A DNA stretch of 64,000 nucleotides from Candidatus Latescibacterota bacterium. GTDB lineage: Bacteria > Latescibacterota > UBA2968 > UBA8231. A program made the position numbers and the translations under genes. The notes under the pieces are model-generated. The model had not been told where the DNA came from and ran no database searches. It saw only the letters and a program-made list of their open reading frames with translations. Location: positions 5,248,001 to 5,312,000 of the forward strand of contig OZ252098.1 of assembly GCA_965248355.1 (NCBI GenBank), written 5' to 3'. This document shows, piece by piece, positions 37,501 through 46,529 of this stretch (positions are counted from its first letter, which is position 1; every line of letters begins with the position of its first letter).

Positions 37501-39199
37501 GCCCTTCGCCGTGGCCGTCATCGGCGGCCTGCTGGCGGGGACCCTCTTCACCCTGGTCCTGGTGCCCACGGTCTACGCCGGCCTGGAGCACACCCTGGCC
37601 TGGCTGCGCGGCCTCGGCGGCTGGACCCGGGCGGCGCAGCTGGCGGCGCTGGCCCTGGGGGCCTGGCTGATCCAGGAGCAGGTGGACGGCCTCCTGTGGC
37701 GGGTCGTCGACGGCACGGTGCTGCTGGGCGGGGTCCCGGCCCTGACCTGGTTCCTGCAGACCAGCCTGCGGCGCAGCCGCGCCGACCCGATCCCCCGCGA
37801 CCGGCCCCTGCGCATCTCGGTGGCCAACCTGGTGAAGGTCTACGACGACGAGCCGCGGTTCCTGCGCCAGTGGCGCCGGGGGGAGCGGCAGCGGGCGCGC
37901 CTGCGCGCGGCGGGGGAGGCGGAGGCGGTGGGCCGCCTGGGGGCCCTGCGCTGGCAGCTGCCGCTGCTCGGCTTCCACTTCTACTTCGCCTACCTCTACC
38001 TGGAGAGCGACTTCTGGGCGATGGTGTTCTCGGTGGCCTTTGTCCTCTTCCTGGCCGGCGCCGTGCGCCCCTTCCTGCCGCCGCCGCAGGGCCGCCGGCG
38101 ACGCCTCGTCCGCGGGCTCTGGTCGACCCTGTTCTGGCTGCTGCCCCTGCCCCACCTGCTCTGGTACCAGGACCGCTGGGACAACTGGGCGCTCACCGTC
38201 CTCGTGGGCATCCTCTGGTACCTCGGGGCCGTGGTGCACCGCGGTGCCCGCCGGCTCTACCGCGGCCAGGTCAACGTCGACGGTCTGGCCGGACGCTTCC
38301 GGCGCAGCCGCCGCCTGCTCTACCGGCTCGTGGCCTGGCTGCCGCTCATCGGCCGCCGCCGCCGGCCCTTCCCGGCCCTGAAGCAGGCCTCCCTCGAGAT
38401 CGAGAGCGGCATGTTCGGACTCATCGGGCCCAACGGCGCCGGCAAGACCACGCTCATGCGCGTCCTCTGCGGCATCCTGGAGCCGACGCGGGGCAAGGTG
38501 CGGGTCAACGGCATCGACCTGTCGGCCCGGCGCGAGGAGCTGCAGGCCCTGATCGGCTACCTGCCCCAGGCCTTCGGCACCTACGAGAACCTGACGGCGT
38601 ACCGGTTCCTCGACTACCAGGCGATGCTGAAGGGCCGGTGGGACGCCGGAGAGCGGCGCCGGGCCGTGGAAGAGGCGATCCGCGCCGTGCACCTGGAGGA
38701 CAGCCGCGATCGCAGGATCGGGGGGTTCTCGGGGGGGATGAAGCAGCGGGTGGGGATCGCCCAGACCCTGCTGCACCTGCCCCGCATCCTGGTGGTCGAC
38801 GAGCCGACGGCGGGCCTCGACCCGAGGGAGCGCATCCGCTTCCGCAACCTGCTCGCCGAGCTGGCCCGCGACCGGGTGGTGGTGTTCTCGACCCACATCA
38901 TCGAGGACATCTCCAGCTCCTGCAACCGGCTGGCCGTGCTCGGCGATGGCGAGGTCCGGTTCCTCGGGACCCCCCGGGAGATGGTGGAGCTGACCCGCGG
39001 GGCCGTGTGGCAGGCGTCGGTCCCCGAGGCCGGCTTCGAGGCCCTGCGCCGGACGGCGCGGATCGTGCACCACATGCGCGACCAGGACCGCATCCGCGTG
39101 CGCCTGCTCGCCGCCGAGCGGCCCCTGCCCGGGGCCGCCGAGGTCACGCCGACCCTGGAGGACTCCTACCTGTGGCTGCTGGAGGGCCGCGAGAGGTGA
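34514..39199 (+). CDS. RND permease - ABC ATPase fusion protein (~1561 aa)
   Basis: RND motifs GMLIDNSIVVLE, AAVFES, RLRPIAIT; extra TMs; then GPNGAGKT, FSGGM, DEPTAGLD, STH. One uninterrupted frame. Confidence 0.9.
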   Translation: MTGALVRRPVAVTMLLAAGCLLGAVSYGRLPVELIPFAELPMLVVQVQGGRDSEPEQVESRAVIPLEGAIAGLPGIERIESYVESRGARILVYYSSRVDPGHAYLRLEQRVTAAAAGLDEEIGVRVLKVDTEQLSTQFMSLEARGEGGLDRIRHVVDRKVVEELRHVDGVANVSVYGGRRRSIEVRLDEEVLAGHGLTVAQVGAQVAQGSRRRRHLGEVADGGGRLFVSLVSDYTSMADLEETVLRDGLRLGHVASVVDGGAERQTIARVNGQEAVALSLMRDPEANLLELSEAAAAVVEDLNRQLAPEGVELVVRSDAAEPVRENIGDIQSLALLGGGLAVAVLWVFLRNLVLVAVVALSIPVSVLISLNLFHALDLTLNSLSLVGMAVAVGMLIDNSIVVLESIYRRLARGEAPDEAVTGGVADVRRAVVAATLTTVCVFLPFVFAEGYLIRLLGREVGVAIISTLLVSLAVALLLIPVVTWRLAVRRSGAGLAFNAVSQRQRAVQVYSLLLKSCLRFPARTVIAAVAGFFLTVAVCLALSIDRSRPVELDRFDVYAGLPGGATLELADELALAMDARLARVEELEERRIAVRPDLLHLDLGLREDFREIAGRGVGEVREEVRQELREAFPALWFTFDAPRGGAGFRGGGGGGGGGMGGAFGRLLGIGESGDRLLLRGRDMGLLRRVADDLRYNLERLTAVQYARVAEAERQPEISLFLDRAALKHHGVTEEAVSGELASFQPQVSSPARVRRGAEELEVLLRSGEPGDRRIEDLRRVQVPAEGGGSVPLPRLADLVYTSGSGRIARVNQEKELAVSYRFQSEVSSSAGLLAEGRSAVDQLVSDLSPPSGVSVEVVRDETDLEPFYFLLAASVVLIYMILAAVFESLVAPLAMMITLPLATVGGLWALVLTGHSILDTNALVGFVILLGVVVNNGIMLIDSARARQRRGARLSRALLQAGQGRLRPIAITALSTILALLPLAMGKAEYVAVIGVPFAVAVIGGLLAGTLFTLVLVPTVYAGLEHTLAWLRGLGGWTRAAQLAALALGAWLIQEQVDGLLWRVVDGTVLLGGVPALTWFLQTSLRRSRADPIPRDRPLRISVANLVKVYDDEPRFLRQWRRGERQRARLRAAGEAEAVGRLGALRWQLPLLGFHFYFAYLYLESDFWAMVFSVAFVLFLAGAVRPFLPPPQGRRRRLVRGLWSTLFWLLPLPHLLWYQDRWDNWALTVLVGILWYLGAVVHRGARRLYRGQVNVDGLAGRFRRSRRLLYRLVAWLPLIGRRRRPFPALKQASLEIESGMFGLIGPNGAGKTTLMRVLCGILEPTRGKVRVNGIDLSARREELQALIGYLPQAFGTYENLTAYRFLDYQAMLKGRWDAGERRRAVEEAIRAVHLEDSRDRRIGGFSGGMKQRVGIAQTLLHLPRILVVDEPTAGLDPRERIRFRNLLAELARDRVVVFSTHIIEDISSSCNRLAVLGDGEVRFLGTPREMVELTRGAVWQASVPEAGFEALRRTARIVHHMRDQDRIRVRLLAAERPLPGAAEVTPTLEDSYLWLLEGRER

Positions 39200-39900
39200 A
39201 GGGGCCTCTCGGCAGCGCCCCCGCCTTCCTGCGCTACAGCGCCGGGCAGGTCTTCGCCGGCCGGTTCCCCTGGTTCCTGCTGCTGGCCGTGGCCCTGTTC
39301 CTCACCATCGCCGTCATATACACGGCCTCCGAGAAGGTGCCGCCGGGCCCCGATCTCATCTACTACTTCCTGCTGGCGCCCGGGGTGGTGCTGGTGATCT
39401 ACCCCTCGGCCTACGCCGTGCAGAGCGAGGTCGACGCCGGCATGGTGGAAACCCTCTTCGGGATCCCGGACTACCGCTACAAGGTGTGGCTGGCGCGGCA
39501 CGCCGTGCAGCTGCTGACCGCGGCCGTCCTGCTGGCCGGGCTGGCCTCGTTCTGCCGCCTCGCCCTCACCGACTTCGCCGTCCACGAGATGGTCTTCCAC
39601 CTCATGTTCCCGGTGGCCTTCCTCTCCAGCGCCGGCTTCCTGCTGGCCACCCTCACGCGCGGCGGCAACGGCGCCCTGGCCGTGCTCGTGCTGGTCGTGC
39701 TCGCTCTGTGGATCGCCGCCGAGCCCCTCGAGGGCAGCCGCTGGAACCCGTTCTACAACCCCTTCGCGCTGCTCGACGAGGTGGAGGGCCTGGTGCGCTC
39801 GGGGACCACCTTCCACAACCGCGCCTACCTGCTCTCCGGGTCGGTCCTGGCCGTCCTCGGAGGCCTGCTGCGCCTGCAGCACCGCGAGCGCTTCGTCTGA
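39196..39900 (+). CDS. ABC-2-type permease
   Basis: GTGA overlap; about 6 TMs; SEVDAGMVETLFGIP coupling-helix-like segment. Confidence 0.8.
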   Translation: MKGPLGSAPAFLRYSAGQVFAGRFPWFLLLAVALFLTIAVIYTASEKVPPGPDLIYYFLLAPGVVLVIYPSAYAVQSEVDAGMVETLFGIPDYRYKVWLARHAVQLLTAAVLLAGLASFCRLALTDFAVHEMVFHLMFPVAFLSSAGFLLATLTRGGNGALAVLVLVVLALWIAAEPLEGSRWNPFYNPFALLDEVEGLVRSGTTFHNRAYLLSGSVLAVLGGLLRLQHRERFV

Positions 39901-39913
39901 CCCGGCTCCGCGG

Positions 39914-40750
39914 TCAGACGGCCATGTCGGCGCGGATGGCGGGGTGGCTCCGGTAGCCTTCCAGCTCGAAGTCGTCGAAGACGAAGTCGTCGATCTCGCC
40001 CTGGCCGCGGTCGCGGAGCCGCAGGCGCGGCAGCGGCAGGGGCTCGCGGCGGAGCTGCTCGCGCACGGCGTCGAGGTGGTTCAGGTAGATGTGGCAGTCG
40101 CCGAGGGTGTGGATGAACTCGTGGGCCACGAAGCCGGTGACGCGGGCCACCATGTGCAGCAGCAGGGAGTAGGAGGCGATGTTGAGGGGCACGCCGAGGA
40201 ACATGTCGCAGGAGCGCTGGTACATCTGCAGGGAGAGGCGGTCCCCGGCGGTGTAGAACTGGAAGAAGTTGTGGCACGGCGGCAGGGCCACGTCGGCGGG
40301 ACCGGTCTCGGCGGCGTTCCAGGCGTCCACCATGATCCGCCTCGAGCCGGGGTCCGTGCGCAGCAGGTCGACGGCCTCCTGCAGCTGGTCCACGGTGCGG
40401 TCCGCCCCCCGCCAGCGGCGCCACTGCACCCCGTAGATGCGGCCCATGGCGCCGTCGTTCTCCTCCACGCCGAGGCGGGAGAGGTAGTCGCGGTAGTTGG
40501 CGTCCCAGAGCTTGTTGTGGGGGTAGATCGCCTTGAGGTCGTGGATGTTGTCGGACCCCGAGACGAACCACAGCAGCTCCGACAGCATCGACTTCCACAC
40601 CAGCCTCTTGGTGGTGACCGCGGGGAAGCCGTCGGCCATGGCGTAGCGCGCCTGCATGCCGAAGAGGGAGAGGGTGCCCACGCCGGTGCGGTCAGCCTTC
40701 TCCACGCCGTGGTCGAGGATGCGCTGCAGCTGGTCGAGGCAGGTCTGCAT
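39914..40750 (-). CDS. thyA: Thymidylate synthase
   Basis: DRTGVGT, ELLWF, IYGVQWR, LPPCH, YQRSCDMFLGVPLNIASY. Confidence 0.97.
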   Translation of the reverse strand: MQTCLDQLQRILDHGVEKADRTGVGTLSLFGMQARYAMADGFPAVTTKRLVWKSMLSELLWFVSGSDNIHDLKAIYPHNKLWDANYRDYLSRLGVEENDGAMGRIYGVQWRRWRGADRTVDQLQEAVDLLRTDPGSRRIMVDAWNAAETGPADVALPPCHNFFQFYTAGDRLSLQMYQRSCDMFLGVPLNIASYSLLLHMVARVTGFVAHEFIHTLGDCHIYLNHLDAVREQLRREPLPLPRLRLRDRGQGEIDDFVFDDFELEGYRSHPAIRADMAV

Positions 40751-40911
40751 CAGGGATCCTGGCGGCGCAACTCGGCGCCCGGTTGCGTGTTTCGCCGTGC
40801 GATCCGCTCGAGCTGCGGTTGGATGGCCGACATGACCGCGGCGAAGACGACCGCCACCTGCACGGACCGCCAGATCACGTCGGCTGCCGCGGACAGCCGC
40901 GTGGGGCTCGG

Positions 40912-41112
40912 CTATTGGGCATGGTCCGCAATCATCGCTCGTACCACGGGTGCCAGCTCTCTGGGGACCGCGATTGCTGCCTGAGCAGAGTCCTCGAATG
41001 CGGCCTCGTCTTCTGCAACTGCCTCGTCTTCGCTCAGCGACTCGTAGTGCCGGAGTACGCGCTGGACACGTTCCTCGTTCCATCCAGGCGGGAACTTGGT
41101 GGCATTCTTCAT
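40912..41112 (-). CDS. Small hypothetical protein (antitoxin-like)
   Basis: 66 aa, FPPGWNEERVQRVLRHYE...VPRELAPVVRAMIA; resembles small TA-associated proteins. Confidence 0.6.
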   Translation of the reverse strand: MKNATKFPPGWNEERVQRVLRHYESLSEDEAVAEDEAAFEDSAQAAIAVPRELAPVVRAMIADHAQ

Positions 41113-41162
41113 CGGCTGTGCTCATCGTGAGTCGTCGGGGGTCGGAACATGGAAGTGCCGGA

Positions 41163-41846
41163 TCAATGTATTCTGCGTTCAAGAACGATTCTCAAACCTA
41201 TGAAATCCGCTTCGACGCGTACGTTGAAGCGCTTCGAGAGGCGATTCCTCACTCCAAGCCCAATGCGGTAGAACTCCGGACCGGAATTGTTGTCATCGCG
41301 GGCACTGAGCCTCCAGCCGGGACCCAGGCCCAAGAGTAGATAGGTCCTGGGAATGGCCGTATAGAAGTGGGCATTGACAACTATTCCAATCCACCGGTAG
41401 TGTCCACCCGCTCCTGCAGCAACACTCCCCTCTATTGAATTCAGATAGCTTCGATACCGGAGAGAGATCCCCGCACCTTCCAAACGTCTCTCGATGGGCA
41501 GTTCCTGCGGCCGGCCTTCCAGGGCCAGGAATGTACCCGCTGACAAGCCCACATACACGCGCTCCTTGGCCGGTCGCCTGACGCTATGGATCCATCGGTA
41601 GGGGATGTCAAGGACGCCCAGTCTCCGCACATCCAACCTGACCGAATCCTCATCCCCACTGAGAACGATACCTCTTCTGGTTCTGACGATCCCTGCCCTG
41701 TCCTGATAGGTGATCCACACCTGGTCGCGCTCTTCGAACAGGTTCTGCCCGATCCCGCTCTCGCGGGTGGCTGCGACCTCCGTCAGGGGCGCCGCACATC
41801 CAGCAGCAAGAAGCGCCGCGGCGGTGAGAGACCGGAGCTGGTTCAC
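41163..41846 (-). CDS. Hypothetical lipoprotein with outer-membrane beta-strand-like C-terminus
   Basis: GTGA overlap; lipobox AAGC; visibly lower GC. Confidence 0.6.
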   Translation of the reverse strand: MNQLRSLTAAALLAAGCAAPLTEVAATRESGIGQNLFEERDQVWITYQDRAGIVRTRRGIVLSGDEDSVRLDVRRLGVLDIPYRWIHSVRRPAKERVYVGLSAGTFLALEGRPQELPIERRLEGAGISLRYRSYLNSIEGSVAAGAGGHYRWIGIVVNAHFYTAIPRTYLLLGLGPGWRLSARDDNNSGPEFYRIGLGVRNRLSKRFNVRVEADFIGLRIVLERRIH

Positions 41847-44622
41847 GGACTCTGGGGCTTCTTCCTGGAATTCACGGTTCGGGGGTGGGGCCGCCTGCCC
41901 ACGTCGTACTTCCTCCAACCGGGCACGTGGAGGGTCATCAGCGTTTTGAACAGCTTTCCGTGGTTGGGCACGCGCAGGTGCAGCAGTTCGTGGGCGATGA
42001 CGAAGTCCCGGAACGCCGGCTCCTGGTCGGCCAGGTCGATGGCGAGAGTGACGATGCCGGCCGTGGAGCAGGAACCCCACTTTCGGATGATGGCATCCAC
42101 GACCCGCCCCCGTTCATCCCGCTCGACACCGAGTAGAGGTCGGTAGAGAGAGGCCCGCAACCGCCGCTGCTCGTCGGGGTTCAGAGCCGCATTCGGGAAC
42201 CGGGCGAGCAGCGTTTCCGCCTCCTGCGCCAGCTCGGAGGCGGAGATACCCGCGGCCTTGAGCGCCCTATCGTCCTTGAGAGTCCAGTAGACGCCGAAGG
42301 CTCGGGGAGCCAGGCCGCTCTCCCTCGCCGCCCTGGCCGCCTCTTCTTTCTCCTCCGCCAACGTCGACAACTGGTCCAGGGCCACGAGGCTGGTACTGTT
42401 GCGGTTCTCGAGATCCTCGAGGATATGCTCGGCGCGCTCCCTCAGGGGTCGAAGCAAAGCTGCCGAGTCCGGGTCGCTGTCGATCTCGGCCCGCAGGCCC
42501 CGCACGAGGTTGAAGATCTTGGCCTCGTCGGAGCCCGGATCGCCTCGCAGGACTTCGATGGTGTCCACGTCGAAGGTCACCGTCCTCACCAAATCGCCAA
42601 GGCTGCCCTGGATGACTCTGTCCTGCACCAGGTCGTGCGTCTTGCGGCCGAGGGCGGCCTCGTAACGGACCGGCCCTTCGTAGGCGTTGCGGAGGACGGT
42701 GTACAGCTCGGCCAGCCGCTTGAAGATGTCCACGTGGCCGCGCAGCTCCGGCGAGGGGGACAGGATCTCCCAAAGCGCCTCGATCTCCTTGTAGGCTTCG
42801 AAGAAATCCTTGCGCGACTCCGGCGTGAGGAAGCGGCCGTAGACAAGCCTCTCCAGGCGCTCGTCCTCGCCGCCGCGCCCCTCGTCGTCAAGAAACTCCG
42901 ACCTCGCCCGCTCGATCTTGTCCAGGTACATGCAGTAAAGCAGCGGCGCGTCGTAGCCGGTCAGGAGCTTATCCGTGACGATCAGGATCTTCGGCTCCTC
43001 CCCGGTCTTCTTGAAGGTGAGGCGCACGTCCGCCTCGCGTTCCGGCGAGAGCTGCAACTCGGCGACGAGGGGCCGGTCCACGACATCGGCGGCGTTCTCG
43101 GTGTACACGGCTTCCGACCACTCGGCCGGCAGCAACCTGTCCAGGGCGCGCTTGTACTTGGCGCAAGCCTCGCGGTTCACCCCCACGAGGAAGGCCTTGT
43201 ACCCCAGGGGCAGCACGTTTTCCCGGAAGTGTTGCGCCACGTAGCTCGCCACTTTCTCGATGCGTTCATCGGCCGTAAGGAAGGTGCGCAGGCCCACGGC
43301 CCGGTCGAGGACTCTGTTCAATTGGTCAACATCGGTCACGTCTTCGGCCTCTGCCAGCTCGAAGAACTCCCTGTCGAGCCGCTCGACCGGCACCGTCATC
43401 TCGCTCGGCGCCATGGTATGGCGGAGAGGCAGGGTGGTCTCGTCCTCGATCGATTCCCGAATCGAGTACTTGTCGAGATAGCCCCGCTCGTCGTCGACGC
43501 CGAAGATCTTGAAGGTCCCTTCGCCCTGGGCGGTTCGGGCCACCGGGGTGCCGGTGAAGCCGATGATGGTCGCATTTGGCACGGCCGCCATCATGTATGT
43601 GCCAAGATCCCTGGCCACCGAGCGGTGCGCTTCGTCGATGAAGAGGTAGATGTTGCCGCGGGTGTTCGCATCGCGGTCGATCCCCTCGAACTTGTGGATC
43701 ATGGAGAGGATCAGACCGCGCTTGTCGGTCCGGAGCAGCTCCTGCACCTCGTCCCTGGACCGAGCCCGCCAGACCGGGATCTCCTGTTGCTGCATCTCGC
43801 CCAAGAGCCTCTCCACCCAGCCCTTGAGCTGACCCTCCAGCTCGATCCGGTCGACAACGAGGAGGACGGTGGCGTTCTCGAAGCGCTGCTTGTCTTCCAG
43901 GATCAGGCGCGCGGCGGTCAGCAGGGTGAAGGTCTTGCCCGACCCCTGGGTGTGCCAGATCAACCCGCGTGTCTTCGCCCGGTCCTGGCAGCGCTCGACG
44001 ACCTTGCCGATGGCGATGCGCTGGTGCTGGCGCAACACGGACTTCCGGGTCTCGCCGTCCTCGACGTAGAAGAGGATCCAGCGCTCGAGGGTGCGCAGGA
44101 AGTCCGTTGGCTCGAAGAAGGTCTGAACGGCGAACCTGTAGCTCTCCTCGGGCTCCTCCTTCCACCGTGCCATGAAGCGCCGGGTAGCGTTCCAGGTCAC
44201 GCCGTACCAGTACTCCAGCAGATGGGTCACGTTGAAGAGCTGAGGCGCGGCGATCAGCTCGACGTGCAGGCTGTTGGCGGCGGGGCGCTCGAAGTCCACA
44301 AGCCGGACGCGCCGGTTGCGCTCCTCGGCCTCGTCGTACACCTGCCGCTCGCCGCGCAGCCAGGCGAGCACCTCGCGGTTGCCTTCGATGGAGGGAGGGA
44401 TCGCCTCGAGCCGCTCGATGACCTGGCGTACGGCAATCTCGCTCATCCAGGGGTTTAGCTGGGCCAGCTCGCTCCGAGGTCGTCGCGGAACAGCATCCCG
44501 GCGGCGCTGCCCCGCTTGCGCATCGCCTGCTGCGGGGAGATGGCAGTCCAACCGATCTCGGCCGCGTGCTGAACCATGGGGAATTGGATCGACCCTGCTT
44601 CGGTGATCTGCAGATCGGTCAT
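41843..44622 (-). pseudogene. hsdR: Type I restriction enzyme R subunit remnant fused to an M48/YgjP-like metallopeptidase C-terminus
   Basis: [30 protein letters not shown]. Frameshift near 44470-44480 and in-frame gaps. Terminal KWGSCS...[13 protein letters not shown]. Confidence 0.88.
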
Positions 44623-44632
44623 GGAGGTCGGG

Positions 44633-44980
44633 CTACTGACCTGATTCAAACGGGACGACCCGCTCGAGATCAGCGATCAGTGACGGCAGGTCTTCCTGCA
44701 GGGTCTGCCAGAGGATGTCGAGGTTGATGCTGAAGTAGGCATGGACCAGACGATTGCGCATCCCGACAATGACCGCCCAAGGGATGTCTTTCAGTTCACC
44801 GCGGGTCGACTCCATCACCTGGGAGGCGGCTTCCCCGACAATCTCGATGTCCTTGACCAGCGACAAGACCAACTGGCGGTCTGTATCCAGATCCTTGCGG
44901 GACCGACCACAGGCAAACGATAGGGCTTCCCGCGCGGCCTCAAGCATGTGCCGCAAGCGGAATTGGTCATCCCTGATCAT
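44633..44980 (-). CDS. HEPN (DUF86/HepT-like) ribonuclease toxin
   Basis: [22 protein letters not shown] (Rx4H). Confidence 0.9.
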   Translation of the reverse strand: MIRDDQFRLRHMLEAAREALSFACGRSRKDLDTDRQLVLSLVKDIEIVGEAASQVMESTRGELKDIPWAVIVGMRNRLVHAYFSINLDILWQTLQEDLPSLIADLERVVPFESGQ

Positions 44981-45266
44981 ATTGGATTTCCGCTGTGGCC
45001 AGAACGTCCTGTCGGAAGTACGGACTCAGATCCTCGGGGGTTCTGAGATCAACCTTGCGGCCCCCGAACAGCTCGGATAGCGCCAGCTCCATGCCCGCAA
45101 TTCCCAGCAGTCCGGGAATGCGGCCCGGCTGGAACTCGACGAGCACATCTATGTCGCTCTCGGGGCCGAAGTCATCTCGTAGCGCCGAGCCAAAGATGGA
45201 GAGCCGACTAATGCCGCTCGTTTTGCAGAACGAGGTGAGCGCGGTTTTCGATAGCGAGAGGCTCAT
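44967..45266 (-). CDS. Minimal nucleotidyltransferase (MntA-like) antitoxin
   Basis: IFGSALRDDFGPESDIDVLVEF, GRKVDL. Confidence 0.9.
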   Translation of the reverse strand: MSLSLSKTALTSFCKTSGISRLSIFGSALRDDFGPESDIDVLVEFQPGRIPGLLGIAGMELALSELFGGRKVDLRTPEDLSPYFRQDVLATAEIQYDQG

Positions 45267-45282
45267 GTGCTTCTGCTCCAAT

Positions 45283-45540
45283 CTAGAACAGTGCCCAATG
45301 TGGATAGACCATCCTAAGGCTGGGATGGGCTCTGATTGCTTCACGGGCGGCCTTCTGCGGCCGGGTCCCGCCCCCTTCCCAGCGATTGACCGTGGTGAAG
45401 GAAACCCCAAGCCGCTCGGCGAGTTGCTCCTGGGTGAGGTTGAGATTGGCGCGGATCACCCGCAGGACAGCGGAGAAGCCCTGATTGTCTGCTATATTCG
45501 CCATATTGGAGAAGCCCTGATTGTCTGCTATATTCGCCAT
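45283..45540 (-). CDS. XRE-family HTH protein (probably truncated)
   Basis: [25 protein letters not shown]. Confidence 0.75.
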   Translation of the reverse strand: MANIADNQGFSNMANIADNQGFSAVLRVIRANLNLTQEQLAERLGVSFTTVNRWEGGGTRPQKAAREAIRAHPSLRMVYPHWALF

Positions 45541-45543
45541 ATT
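45472..45543. repeat. Exact 36-bp tandem duplication
   Basis: ggagaagccctgattgtctgctatattcgccatatt at 45472-45507 and 45508-45543. Confidence 0.95.
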
Positions 45544-45675
45544 TGGAATGTGGTGTACTCTTGGGCCCTGTCAACCCGGATCTTCGGGGTCTCTGACCTC
45601 GTTGGTCCGGGGCCGGCGCTGTTCCACGGGGATAGAGCATCCTAAGATTGGGCCGCTCGATCCTCCCCTCCTCCT

Positions 45676-46434
45676 ATGATGAAGACCTCGACCACCCAAT
45701 CCCCCCAGGGCCGGCTGAGCGATTACAAGGCCCACTACAAGGCCGACGCCGAGTCGATCGTCGATCCCCAGGCCCTGCCATCGGGACGCAGGGCCTCCGA
45801 GGAGCGGCGGCTGGAGACGCTGGTGCGTCTGCTCGCCCCGGCCCCCGGCGAGGGCGTCCTCGACATCGGCTGCGGATCGGGCTGGCTGGGGGCCTGCTGC
45901 CAGCCCCGGGGAGCGCGTGTCTGCGCCATGGACATCGGCCGGGTCGGAGTGTCCGGCGCCCGGGCGCGCTTCCCGGAGGCGGCCTCCTACCAGGTCGGCG
46001 ACGTCTACCACCTGCCCTTCGCGGAGGGGAGTTTCGACGCCGTGGCGCTGTCGGAGGTGGTCGAGCACCTCGAGGATGTCGACGCGGCGCTGGGAGAAGC
46101 GTGGCGGGTGCTGCGCCCCGGGGGGCGGATGGTGGTGAGCGTTCCCTACCGCGAGACCATCATCGAGCACCTGTGCATCCACTGCAACCGGCTGACGCCG
46201 GCCAACGCCCATCTTCACCGCTTTGACCGGGATACCCTGTCCACCTGCCTGCGGCGACAGGGGCTCGAGATCGCCAAGGTGCGGTTGATGTCCAACAAGC
46301 TGCTGGAGCTGGCCGGTTTCCCCCGCTTCAGCGCCGGCTGGCCCTACCGGGCCTGGCGTCTCACCGACGCGATCTTCAACAGGGTCCTGCCGAAGCCGGC
46401 CTTCCTCTGCATGTTGGGGGTCCGCCCCGAGTGA
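45676..46434 (+). CDS. Class I SAM-dependent methyltransferase
   Basis: VLDIGCGSG, LPFAEGSFDAV, EVVEHL, RVLRPGG; CxHC insert. Confidence 0.9.
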   Translation: MMKTSTTQSPQGRLSDYKAHYKADAESIVDPQALPSGRRASEERRLETLVRLLAPAPGEGVLDIGCGSGWLGACCQPRGARVCAMDIGRVGVSGARARFPEAASYQVGDVYHLPFAEGSFDAVALSEVVEHLEDVDAALGEAWRVLRPGGRMVVSVPYRETIIEHLCIHCNRLTPANAHLHRFDRDTLSTCLRRQGLEIAKVRLMSNKLLELAGFPRFSAGWPYRAWRLTDAIFNRVLPKPAFLCMLGVRPE

Positions 46435-46529
46435 GGCGCGTCCGGGCGGCGCCGGGACCGGGACAACACGCCGGTTACCGGCTTGCGGGTGATTCGCTCA
46501 TGTCCCCCGCCCGGCTCAGGTACTCCGTG

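Noticed and set aside
1554..39073. Very long antisense or alternate-frame ORFs (e.g. 1554..5207-, 6517..8634+, 25471..29283-, 34460..39073-)
   Set aside because: Shadow ORFs of high-GC genes with low-complexity R/G/P/A translations and no motifs.
45472..45543. 36-bp repeat as a mini CRISPR array
   Set aside because: The copies abut with no spacer, lie in coding frame, and no cas genes are present.
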